Shown piece after piece: positions 56,224-64,000 of a stretch of 64,000 bases of DNA (positions are counted from its first letter, which is position 1; every line of letters begins with the position of its first letter). The notes under the pieces were generated by a model. It saw nothing but the letters and a program-made list of their open reading frames with translations, did not search any database and was not told the origin of the DNA. A program made the translations under genes and the position numbers. The DNA comes from Candidatus Omnitrophota bacterium (GTDB lineage: Bacteria > Omnitrophota > Gorgyraeia > Zapsychrales > Zapsychraceae): assembly GCA_035292445.1 (NCBI GenBank), contig DATDQB010000023.1:153533-217532 (forward strand). The letters run 5' to 3'.

Positions 56224-56955
56224 ATGTTAAAGAAATTATCTGATATTAAAGTTATCGGCGTCGGCTTAGCCCTGCTTTACGGGATTTCCTTTCTTATTTA
56301 TTTGCAATATTTTCGTATCAAGTCCATGCAGCAGCATTCGGCCATACTGCTTTGTCTTTTCGGGTTACTTTTTATCGCTTCCATCGCGGTCGTGCTTTAT
56401 AGGGAATGGGGAAGGATGTTGTTGGTCGCCTTTAACATTATTTTGGGTTTGTATCTGATTAAGCCGTATTTGACGTTCAGGGATTTTATCCCTCTTTCCT
56501 ATGTCTTGATGAGCTTCATCATATTTATGTTCTTTAACCAGGATCGGATCAAGATACGGTTTCAGACGTCCCGGGTCAGCGGCGGAGATTGGAGAAGCAT
56601 TCTGGTGATTGACGACGATGAAACGCTGATCAAGACGGTCCGGCCCATCCTTATTTCGCACGGATTCTCGGTCCTGACGGCTTTGACCGGCGAAGACGGC
56701 CTGGTCGTGGCCAGGACGCAGAAGCCGGATATCATTCTATTGGATGTGATCTTGCCCGGGATCAAAGGGCGCGATGTCTGCAAGAAACTTAAAAGCGATG
56801 CGGCCACCAAGGATATCCCGGTCGTTTTCTTTACGGCCAAAGATTCCGCCGATGATGTCCAGGCGGAAAAGGAAGTAGGGGCCAACGACCACATTACAAA
56901 ACCCGTTGATCCCAGGGCGCTCATTCGTACCATCAAAAACGTTTTGAAATCTTAA
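56224..56955 (+). CDS. Membrane-anchored orphan response-regulator receiver (4-TM module fused to CheY-like REC, no output domain)
   Basis: REC motifs (ILVIDDDETL with DD pair, phospho-acceptor in IILLDVILPG, FFTAKD, ..K). Four N-terminal TM helices. Confidence 0.6.
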   Translation: MLKKLSDIKVIGVGLALLYGISFLIYLQYFRIKSMQQHSAILLCLFGLLFIASIAVVLYREWGRMLLVAFNIILGLYLIKPYLTFRDFIPLSYVLMSFIIFMFFNQDRIKIRFQTSRVSGGDWRSILVIDDDETLIKTVRPILISHGFSVLTALTGEDGLVVARTQKPDIILLDVILPGIKGRDVCKKLKSDAATKDIPVVFFTAKDSADDVQAEKEVGANDHITKPVDPRALIRTIKNVLKS

Positions 56956-57004
56956 GTTTGATTTAATCGATCCCGCCTTAAGTAAGGGACTTCACACTTT
57001 ACCC

Positions 57005-57943
57005 ATGAGTTCTAACAAACGGTTGAAGTTGTTTCAGCGGGCATTGGCCCGTCACGGCTTGTTTGCCAGTGCCTGGCTGTTTGACCGCCTGCCTTTGTGG
57101 GCGGTTAATGGCTTGACGAAGGTGTTCTTGTTTTTGGGGTTCACCTTCACCATTCGCCAGCGCAGGATCGCCAACGAGAGCTTGCGTATCGCTTTTGGCG
57201 AGGAAAAATCCCAGCAAGAGATCGACCGGATCATTAAAACGTGCTTTTATCATTTCGGCCGCGGCATGATCGAGATACTTTATTACATGGAGCACCCGGC
57301 GCTCATTGATGAAAAGGTTTCTTTCCAAGGCCTCCAGCACGTGGAGCGGGCTTTGGAAAAGGGAAACGGGGTCATCGCGGTGACGGCGCATTTCGGCAAT
57401 TTTCCTTTGATGATGCTCGCCTTTGCCCATCGCCGGCACAAAGTCAGCTGTGTCATTCGCCCCACCCGCGATCAGGAAGTGGAAAAATTCCTGCAGCAAA
57501 AACGCAATCAAGTCGGGCTTAAAACGGTGTACGCGGTGCCTCAACGGCAAGCGGTCGTGGAGTCGCTCAAGATCCTGCGTAATAACGAAATTCTTTTTGT
57601 TCCTTTGGATCAGAATTTTGGCAGCAGCAGCGGGGTTTTTGTCGATTTTTTCGGGCAAAAGGCGGCCACGGCGACAGGTCCGGTCGTTTTTGCCATCCGT
57701 ACCAAGGCGCCGATCATTCCGATGTTTATCATTCATGAAGACGGAGACAAGCACAAAGTGATCATCGAGCCGCCGATCGATATCAAGGTGGGGGAAGATG
57801 AAAAAGAAACCATTCTTCAGACCACCTCTGAGATTACCAATTTGATCGAGCGGTATATCCGTCGCTATCCTCATGAGTGGGCGTGGATGCACCGGCGTTG
57901 GAAAAGCAAGCCTTATCCCGTGAAATATTGCCCGAATGCCTAG
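57005..57943 (+). CDS. Lipid A biosynthesis acyltransferase (LpxL/LpxM/HtrB family)
   Basis: N-terminal TM anchor plus the LPLAT-type core. Size is 312 aa. Fits the diderm envelope gene context. Confidence 0.65.
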   Translation: MSSNKRLKLFQRALARHGLFASAWLFDRLPLWAVNGLTKVFLFLGFTFTIRQRRIANESLRIAFGEEKSQQEIDRIIKTCFYHFGRGMIEILYYMEHPALIDEKVSFQGLQHVERALEKGNGVIAVTAHFGNFPLMMLAFAHRRHKVSCVIRPTRDQEVEKFLQQKRNQVGLKTVYAVPQRQAVVESLKILRNNEILFVPLDQNFGSSSGVFVDFFGQKAATATGPVVFAIRTKAPIIPMFIIHEDGDKHKVIIEPPIDIKVGEDEKETILQTTSEITNLIERYIRRYPHEWAWMHRRWKSKPYPVKYCPNA

Positions 57944-58047
57944 TTCCTTTGCGTATTGGATGAGATTGATGCAGCTCGAAAATAAAAATACTTTTCTTGG
58001 CTTGGAAGGCGATTCAATTATAATGATAGTGGTTTAAGGACAATCTT

Positions 58048-58650
58048 ATGTTTAAAAATTTAAGAAAATATTTCATTTCGGGGCTGATCGTCTTCGCCCC
58101 TTTGACCATCACGGTCTATCTTTTCTTTGTCCTTATTAATTCCGTTGAGAGGTTTTTTTCCCAGGTATTTCACCCTCTTTTTTATAAAAGTTTGGGTTTT
58201 TATTTTTACGGCCTGAGTATTGTGGTTGGCCTTTACATCATCATTTTGATAGGTTTTTTGGTCACCAATATTCTGGGCCGAAAAATTTACGAGTTTTTTG
58301 AACGGTTGTTGTTGCGCCTGCCGTTTTTTAAGCAGGTCTACCCGGCGTTAAAAGAGATGGTTTTGTTTTTGTTTACCGAGGACCGGACAAAGCAATTCAA
58401 AGGCGTTGTCCTCGTCGAATACCCTCGAAAGGGTATTTATTCCATGGGGTTTTTGATGAATGATTCATCTCCCCATATTTGTGAAAAGGCAAAAGAGGAC
58501 CTTTGTAATGTGCTCATCCCCAGTGTTCCTAATCCTGTCACGGGCTTTGTTATTTTGATCCCTAAGAAAGATGTTATTTTTGTCGATATCACCATTGAAG
58601 AGGCGTTCAAGCTTTTTGTTTCCGGCGGCGTGGTCAACCCTTCGAAATAG
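58048..58650 (+). CDS. DUF502-family membrane protein
   Basis: Two N-terminal TM helices with the conserved start FISGLIVFAPLTITVYLF. Confidence 0.55.
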   Translation: MFKNLRKYFISGLIVFAPLTITVYLFFVLINSVERFFSQVFHPLFYKSLGFYFYGLSIVVGLYIIILIGFLVTNILGRKIYEFFERLLLRLPFFKQVYPALKEMVLFLFTEDRTKQFKGVVLVEYPRKGIYSMGFLMNDSSPHICEKAKEDLCNVLIPSVPNPVTGFVILIPKKDVIFVDITIEEAFKLFVSGGVVNPSK

Positions 58651-58661
58651 CTCTTTGAGAC

Positions 58662-59327
58662 ATGCCTAGAAAAATAAAATTGGTGGTTTTCGATTTGGAC
58701 GGCACGCTCGTTGATGCGTACAAGGCGGTTGCATCCAGTTTAAATCACGCGTTTTCCGTTTTTGGCTTCCCATCGGTTGATGATGTTACGATCCAGCGCA
58801 GTGTGGGTTGGGGGGACAAAATGCTGGTCGGTAAATTCGTGCCACCGGAAAAGATCGACCAAGTGCTATCCGTTTACCGTACACACCATACGCGCGCGCT
58901 TAGATCGGGAACCAAGTTTTTGCCCGGGACCAAGGCGGTTTTAGACGCGTTGAAAAAAGACGGTTACACCTTGGCGATTGCCAGCAACCGGCCAAGCCGT
59001 TTTACGCATATCATTCTTAAGCACCTGATCATTGAAGGGTATTTTACGGCCGTTGTTTGCGCTGATCAGGTCGAGAACCCCAAGCCGGCACCGGATATGT
59101 TGAAGGCGATTCTTAAGCGCTGCCGTTTGGGCCCCCAAGAGGCTCTTTACGTCGGAGATATGACCATTGATGCGCAAACGGGGCAAGAAGCGGGGGTGCG
59201 CACGGTCTGTGTTGTTAGTGGCTCAAGCACGCAAGAGGAGATCCAAAAGCTTAAACCTTTTAGAATTATTCATCAGATCAAGGATTTGCCGGGCATTTTA
59301 GAGGAGCTTAATGGAAAGGATTGTTAA
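58662..59327 (+). CDS. HAD-superfamily phosphatase (phosphoglycolate phosphatase-like)
   Basis: Motif I VVFDLDGTLVD. Motif III/IV (VGDMTIDAQTGQEAG). Confidence 0.7.
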   Translation: MPRKIKLVVFDLDGTLVDAYKAVASSLNHAFSVFGFPSVDDVTIQRSVGWGDKMLVGKFVPPEKIDQVLSVYRTHHTRALRSGTKFLPGTKAVLDALKKDGYTLAIASNRPSRFTHIILKHLIIEGYFTAVVCADQVENPKPAPDMLKAILKRCRLGPQEALYVGDMTIDAQTGQEAGVRTVCVVSGSSTQEEIQKLKPFRIIHQIKDLPGILEELNGKDC

Positions 59328-59434
59328 AAATGGGTAAACGAAAAAGAAGAGGGAAATTATCCTGGCGCTCCAAAAGGGCCAATCACGGCCGAAAGCCGGG
59401 TAAGGGATAAATTTTTAGTTAAAGGAGTTGTTCA

Positions 59435-61530
59435 TGTTCGATTATTTTCTCCTCGTGCCGGCGGCTTCTGTTGTTGCCCTTGTTTTTTCACTATTTCTTG
59501 TTTTGGAGATATTTAAGAGTGAAGAGGGTACGCCGAGGATGAAAGAGATTGCCGAAGCCGTTCGGGAAGGGGCAGGGGCTTATCTCAACCGGCAATATAA
59601 GATATCCAGCACTTTTTTTGTCATTATTTTTGCCTTCCTTTTATTACTCGCCTTTCGCGGTTATCTCGCCATGTTCGTCCCTTTCGCTTTCTTAACGGGC
59701 GGCTTATTTTCGGCTTTAGCCGGATTCTGCGGGATGAAAATCGCCACCCATTCAAGCGCCCGGACCGCTCATGCCTGCCGCACCAGTTTAAACGGAGGGT
59801 TGCGTTTGGCGTTCTCTTCAGGGGCGGTGATGGGGTTTGTGGTTGTCGGCTTGGGGCTGCTCGATCTGAGTTTATGGTATTACAGCCTGAATTGGTATTA
59901 TTCTTATCACGAGATCCCTTGGGGCATGGATAAAATAACGATTATCTCCTCGACCATGTTGACCTTCGGCATGGGGGCGAGTTTCCAAGCGCTTTTTGCC
60001 CGTGTGGGCGGCGGGATCTTCACCAAAGCGGCGGATGTCGGGGCGGATCTGGTCGGGAAAGTGGAAGCGGGAATTCCGGAAGATGATCCCCGCAACCCGG
60101 CGGTCATCGCGGATAATGTCGGCGATAATGTCGGTGATGTGGCGGGCATGGGGGCGGATCTGTACGAATCCTATATAGGCTCGATCATCGCCACGGCCGC
60201 GTTAGGGACGGCCGCCGGCTTGGGCGTTTTGGGCGTGACCACTCCGATGATCATCGCCGCTATCGGTATTTTGTCTTCCATGGTCGGCATGGCCTTTGTT
60301 CATACCAAAGAGGAGGCCAGCCAACAGGCCCTCTTGATGGCGCTACGAAAAGGGATCTTCATCTCGGCTGTTTTGATCATCATAGCTTCTTATGCGGTTG
60401 TCTTGATCGTTTTGGGCCGGGACCATATCGGCATTGCCCATGCGATCGTCACAGGTTTGATGGCGGGGATATTCATTGGATTAAGCACGGAATATTTTAC
60501 TTCTTCCCACTATTATCCGACCAAAAAAGTGGCCAAGGCGGCAATTACAGGGCCGGCAACGATCATCATTGAAGGGATAGGCAGCGGCATGCTTTCAACA
60601 CTTCCTCCGGTGCTCATTATCGGCTTGGCGATTATGGGAAGTTTTGCCTTTTCCGGCGGGTTTTCTAATTTTAATCTGGGCCTTTACGGGGTGGGGATCG
60701 CGGCCGTCGGTATGTTAAGCACGCTGGGGCTCACATTAGCAACGGATGCCTATGGGCCGGTGGCAGATAATGCCGGCGGGAACGCCCAAATGGCCAATTT
60801 GGAACCGAAGGTGCGGGAACGCACCGATGCGTTGGATACATTGGGCAATACAACGGCGGCTACAGGCAAAGGGTTTGCGATCGGGTCCGCGGCCTTGACG
60901 GCGTTGGCCCTTATTGCCGCTTATAAAGAGCAGATCCTTATCCAAGGCGGTGCCGTTAATTTCGACCTGATGAATCCGGTCGTGTTGATCGGTATTTTTA
61001 TAGGCACCATGATGCCGTTTTTGTTCTCGGCCTTGACCATGAATGCGGTCGGCCGGGCGGCCATGCAGATCGTTATGGAGGTCCGTCGGCAGTTTAAGGA
61101 GATCAGCGGGTTGATGGAAGGCCGTGCCAAGCCCGATTATGCCCGTTGCATCGATATTGTGACGGCGGCGTCCTTAAAAGAAATGCGGTTACCCGCTGTT
61201 GCGGCGATCATTGCACCTATTGTGATCGGCCTTCTTTTGGGCGTCAATAGTGTCGGCGGCTTTTTGATCGGCTCGACGGCTTCCGGTTTTGTTTTGGCCA
61301 TCATGATGGCCAACTGCGGCGGGAGTTGGGACAACGCCAAGAAATACATCGAAGAAGGCCATTATGAAGGCAAGGGTTCATCGGCCCATAAAGCCAGCGT
61401 GGTCGGCGATACGGTGGGGGATCCTTTCAAAGACACCGCCGGCCCCAGCCTCAACATCCTCATTAAGCTCATGTCGATGGTTTCCATCGTATTTGCCGCT
61501 TTTGTGATGCGTCACGCCCTGCTCCAATAA
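59435..61530 (+). CDS. hppA: Membrane-bound proton/sodium-translocating pyrophosphatase
   Basis: Signature block [59 protein letters not shown] at 59435 with RBS AAAGGAG, preferred over the TTG at 59428. Confidence 0.9.
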
Positions 61531-61620
61531 TCGCGTTTTTTTTCAGATTTTCCTCTTTTTGTTCGACAACATTTCCTCGTGTGTTAGAATGAATTTTACC
61601 AAAATTAAAAAGGATGAAAA

Positions 61621-62019
61621 GTGGTCCAGCGCGTTCGTCAGAAAATCCTAAAAGCATTGCTTCTTATACCCGTCCTTTTTAACTTATCGGGCTGTGTCTA
61701 CCTTGTCGTTGGCGGCGTCGGGGCCTTGGGCGGCTATATCGTCAGCCCTGATACGGTCGAAGGGATCAGCGAAAATGACACCCAGACCGTCTGGGATGCC
61801 TCCGTCGATGTGATCGCGATCATGGGGGTTATCCAGGAGCAGCAGCAAGAAGCGGGCTTCATTAAAGCCCAAATCTCAAGAGCCCAGGTGACGATCACCA
61901 TCATTTCCATTAACGACACGACGACTAAGATAAGCATCAAAGCCCGAAAGGCGTTCCTGCCTAAAATATCGCTTGCCCAGGATATTTACGTGAAGATCAT
62001 GAGTTACTTGAATGGATAA
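61621..62019 (+). CDS. Hypothetical lipoprotein
   Basis: GTG start with RBS AAAGGATGAAAA. Lipobox LSGC. Size is 132 aa. Confidence 0.4.
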   Translation: MVQRVRQKILKALLLIPVLFNLSGCVYLVVGGVGALGGYIVSPDTVEGISENDTQTVWDASVDVIAIMGVIQEQQQEAGFIKAQISRAQVTITIISINDTTTKISIKARKAFLPKISLAQDIYVKIMSYLNG

Positions 62020-62057
62020 TTTCCTCGTCATTGTTCAATTTTCCGCAAATAGATATA

Positions 62058-62086
62058 TTGACTTTTTTATAGGCGTTGGTTAAAAT
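62058..62086 (+). promoter_or_regulatory. Consensus-like sigma70 promoter TTGACT-17-TAAAAT driving the tRNA cluster
   Basis: Hexamers and spacer are near-ideal. The predicted TSS lies a few nt before the GCCGAGG tRNA-like start at 62096. Confidence 0.55.
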
Positions 62087-62095
62087 GCGCACTAT

Positions 62096-62189
62096 GCCGA
62101 GGTAGCTCAGCCCCGACGCTCACTAACGTTCGGTCGGGGTCCCGACCGAGACCGCCTTTGGCGGATGAGCGTCGGGATTGGTAGAGCAG
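62096..62189 (+). pseudogene. 5' fragment of tRNA-Phe (acceptor and D arm) interrupted in the D-loop by a 68-nt nested palindromic element
   Basis: GCCGAGGTAGCTCAG is identical to the first 15 nt of the intact tRNA-Phe. The insert (62111-62178) is CCCGACGCTCA...TGAGCGTCGGG, enclosing the inner hairpins CGGTCGGG/CCCGACCG and CCGCC-TTT-GGCGG. TGGTAGAGCAG follows, and then the tRNA fold is lost. Confidence 0.55.
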
Positions 62190-62215
62190 TACGACATTCT
62201 AAAAGTTTTTTTAAT

Positions 62216-62291
62216 GCCGAGGTAGCTCAGTCGGTAGAGCAGAGGCCTGAAAAGCCTTGTGTCGCCAGTTCAATTCTGGCCCTCGGCACCA
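62216..62291 (+). tRNA. tRNA-Phe (anticodon GAA), CCA encoded
   Basis: Cloverleaf folds by hand: acceptor GCCGAGG/CCTCGGC, D-arm GCTC/GAGC, anticodon stem GAGGC/GCCTT with loop CTGAAAA, T-arm GCCAG-TTCAATT-CTGGC. Confidence 0.9.
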
Positions 62292-62325
62292 CTTTTCCTC
62301 TTTTTTCTGTTAAGATGATATGGAT

Positions 62326-62398
62326 GCCGACGTAGCTCAGCTGGTAGAGCAACGGTTTCGTAAATCGTGGGCCACCGGTTCGATCCCGGTCGTCGGCT
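62326..62398 (+). tRNA. tRNA-Thr (anticodon CGT)
   Basis: Acceptor GCCGACG/CGTCGGC, D-arm GCTC/GAGC, anticodon stem ACGGT/ATCGT with loop TTCGTAA, T-arm ACCGG-TTCGATC-CCGGT. No encoded CCA. Confidence 0.9.
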
Positions 62399-62407
62399 TC
62401 TTAACTC

Positions 62408-63241
62408 ATGTCCTCCTATGAAAAGAAAATCCCGATGAATCAAAACCCCGCATCTTCCCATGATTCCTGGGTCGCGCAACAGGCGGCCAAGATCGTTTCC
62501 GAGGATGAAAAGATCACGCTGATCCATACGCCCTCCTCCCAGAGATTATCCGATATTTTTAGGTTGGTCCGTATCCTTTCACGCGCTTTTTTGCGTTATC
62601 CGCGCGCCTGCGTCAAAGCGCTTCTTTATTCTTTGGATATCAAAGCCTTGGATGATCGATCCGCGGACTACGAACCCAAAGACGCTTCTTTAAAAAAGAT
62701 CTTCGGCCTTTTCAAGGATGGGTCTCTCCCTTTGAAAGGGGATCTGGTCTTGGCCAACGAAGAGCGCTGGAATGATTATTTGATCATGGCCCATCTTTTT
62801 GCGTTGCGCCTCAAAGAGCAATTGGCCGATGAAGAAGATATTATCACCAAGGCGCGCTGGGGCCTGGCGCACGGCGTGTATAACGCGATCGTGCACGGGG
62901 ACCCTTCTTGTCCCATACGGGTGCACTGGCAGATCCTGCCTGAAGAGTTTCGCCTGCAGATAGCCAATACCAAGAACGAAGAGAGGATGAAGCCCCATAA
63001 CGTCAGCTTCAACGGCATCCCCATCAGCGGCGTGGGAGGGTCGCTGGTCATCATGCGCATTTTGTTCGATTATTTCAATTTATCCGAAGTGATCAATGCC
63101 AAACAGGAAGAGGAGATCAGGCTCACCCTCATCCACCGGCGCAGCAGAAAAAGGGCCTCGTTGCGCTACACGATGGCCGTGCGCATCGCCCACGCCCGCG
63201 ACACTATCCAGTTGGAAAGAATATGGCGCAAGAAACGTTAA
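62408..63241 (+). CDS. GHKL-ATPase protein resembling anti-sigma factor serine kinases (RsbW/SpoIIAB-like) with N-terminal extension
   Basis: N-box-like GVYNAIVHGD. G2-box-like region SGVGGSLVIMRILFDYF resembling SpoIIAB GMGFTIMENFMD. Lies immediately downstream of tRNA-Thr. No STAS partner gene is nearby. Confidence 0.45.
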   Translation: MSSYEKKIPMNQNPASSHDSWVAQQAAKIVSEDEKITLIHTPSSQRLSDIFRLVRILSRAFLRYPRACVKALLYSLDIKALDDRSADYEPKDASLKKIFGLFKDGSLPLKGDLVLANEERWNDYLIMAHLFALRLKEQLADEEDIITKARWGLAHGVYNAIVHGDPSCPIRVHWQILPEEFRLQIANTKNEERMKPHNVSFNGIPISGVGGSLVIMRILFDYFNLSEVINAKQEEEIRLTLIHRRSRKRASLRYTMAVRIAHARDTIQLERIWRKKR

Positions 63242-63249
63242 AACCTCTG

Positions 63250-64000
63250 ATGCTTCGTTTGTCCCAAAACAAAGCCCAGTCGATGCTGGCATCACTGGTT
63301 ATCATTGTTCTTCTGGGTTTTTTTGCTTACTCTTTCATGGTCACGGACTCTTTCAAGACCATGGATGACAAGGCCTCCATCGTCAATAACGACCTCATCA
63401 AAGATATAGCAAACCTAAAGGATGCCTTTAAGACGTCGTATTTCGGGGATAAGTCGTATTGGCGGCCGCTTGTTTTTGTCAGCTACATGATCGAATATCA
63501 TTTGTTCGGGCTTAATCCTTTTTATTATTATTTGATAAACCTCGCGTTTCATCTGTGTTCCGGCATTCTTATTTTTTTCCTTATAAAATTGTTCTATGAG
63601 GAGCGATGGACGCCGTTTTTTGTTTCCCTTTTATTCACGACTCACCCCGTTCACTGGGAAGCGGTCTCCAATATTCCAGGGCGTGCCATTCTTTTGAGCG
63701 CGTTCTTTTATTTTTTTTCCTTTTACCTGTTTTGTTTGTCCCGCCGGAAGAAAGGACAAGCGTGGATCCTTATATTGTCGTTGATTGCTTTTATCGGGTC
63801 TTTGTTGAGCAAAGAATCCGGCATCATGCTTCCCGTCCTTATTTTGGCGTATCTTTGGTTCTTTGAACGAAGGCCGGGAAAATTGAGTTATTTTTCCCCC
63901 AGCGTTCCCTATTTTTTTATTTTAGCGGGTTATCTTCTGGTGCGGCGCATGTTGGGGATGGTCAGCCTCTTTTATACCATGACATGGGAGAATTCTTTTT
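63250..64000 (+). CDS. N-terminal portion of a TMTC/PMT_2-like polytopic membrane protein (continues past window end)
   Basis: Translation contains YFGDKSYWRPLVFVSYMIEYHLFGLNPFYYYLINLAFHLCSG, typical of DUF1736/TMTC-type glycosyltransferase-like TPR proteins. No stop before position 64000. Confidence 0.6.
   Translation, partial: MLRLSQNKAQSMLASLVIIVLLGFFAYSFMVTDSFKTMDDKASIVNNDLIKDIANLKDAFKTSYFGDKSYWRPLVFVSYMIEYHLFGLNPFYYYLINLAFHLCSGILIFFLIKLFYEERWTPFFVSLLFTTHPVHWEAVSNIPGRAILLSAFFYFFSFYLFCLSRRKKGQAWILILSLIAFIGSLLSKESGIMLPVLILAYLWFFERRPGKLSYFSPSVPYFFILAGYLLVRRMLGMVSLFYTMTWENSF

Noticed and set aside
56999-57892. 297-aa minus-strand ORF
   Set aside because: It is entirely antisense to the well-supported lpxL-family gene (57005-57943). 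Its translation is low-complexity, R/H/D-rich, with no motifs, so it is an ORF-track artefact.
59428-59434. ORF-track TTG start for hppA
   Set aside because: The ATG at 59435 is preceded by AAAGGAG at ideal spacing; the TTG would sit inside the RBS.

Overview
This 64 kb window reads as a gene-dense chromosomal segment from a diderm bacterium. Diderm markers include lnt, an lpxL-family acyltransferase, an lptE-like lipoprotein, a BamD-like TPR protein, murJ, secA and pilT. GC is about 50 percent, with local AT-rich patches.

Most of the window is housekeeping:
- era, nth, purH, folC, mnmE, mnmG and cysK.
- A thiS-thiG-X-thiH operon.
- An AdoMetDC-like gene (speH-like), leuS, comEA-comEC, holA, rpsT and a short uvrC-ogt pair.
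- prfB with its conserved +1 programmed frameshift, plus a V-type H+/Na+ pyrophosphatase.
- tRNA-Phe(GAA) and tRNA-Thr(CGT), and an rpsU gene (52 aa) absent from the ORF track.

The accessory content I can support from the sequence is as follows.

1. A roughly 12 kb carbohydrate-utilisation locus (about 16.1-28.6 kb). It holds a GH94-like phosphorylase, a three-gene ABC sugar importer, a clan GH-A hydrolase and a LacI regulator. It also carries an apparently new ~120-aa repeat domain (signature WDP[KR]GW[FY]W) in three copies across two genes.
2. Two VapBC-type toxin-antitoxin cassettes flank comEA-comEC. The first is associated with a replaced leuS 3' end; a displaced remnant of the original leuS C-terminus survives downstream.
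3. A low-GC secreted-protein gene sits between thiG and thiH, translationally coupled to thiH.
4. Several families of structured intergenic elements occur:
 - Simple-repeat hairpins at gene ends, with related copies after cysK and after prfB.
 - A palindromic element in two copies with compensatory stem changes, one copy lying in-frame inside holA.
 - A 240-nt array of GC(A/T)GC-cored hairpins upstream of a small secreted-protein gene.
5. A 5' fragment of tRNA-Phe carries a 68-nt nested palindrome, sitting between a strong promoter and the intact tRNA-Phe.
6. Smaller oddities:
 - An ATP-grasp (Ddl-family) and KamA-family radical SAM pair.
 - An orphan P-II protein with a short T-loop.
 - Paralogous 4-TM modules, one fused to a receiver domain.
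 - A uvrC lacking its HhH domain that overlaps a short MGMT gene.

No CRISPR array, rRNA, tmRNA, RNase P RNA or TPP riboswitch was recognisable. All calls rest on reading the sequence and translated motifs; no database search was run.
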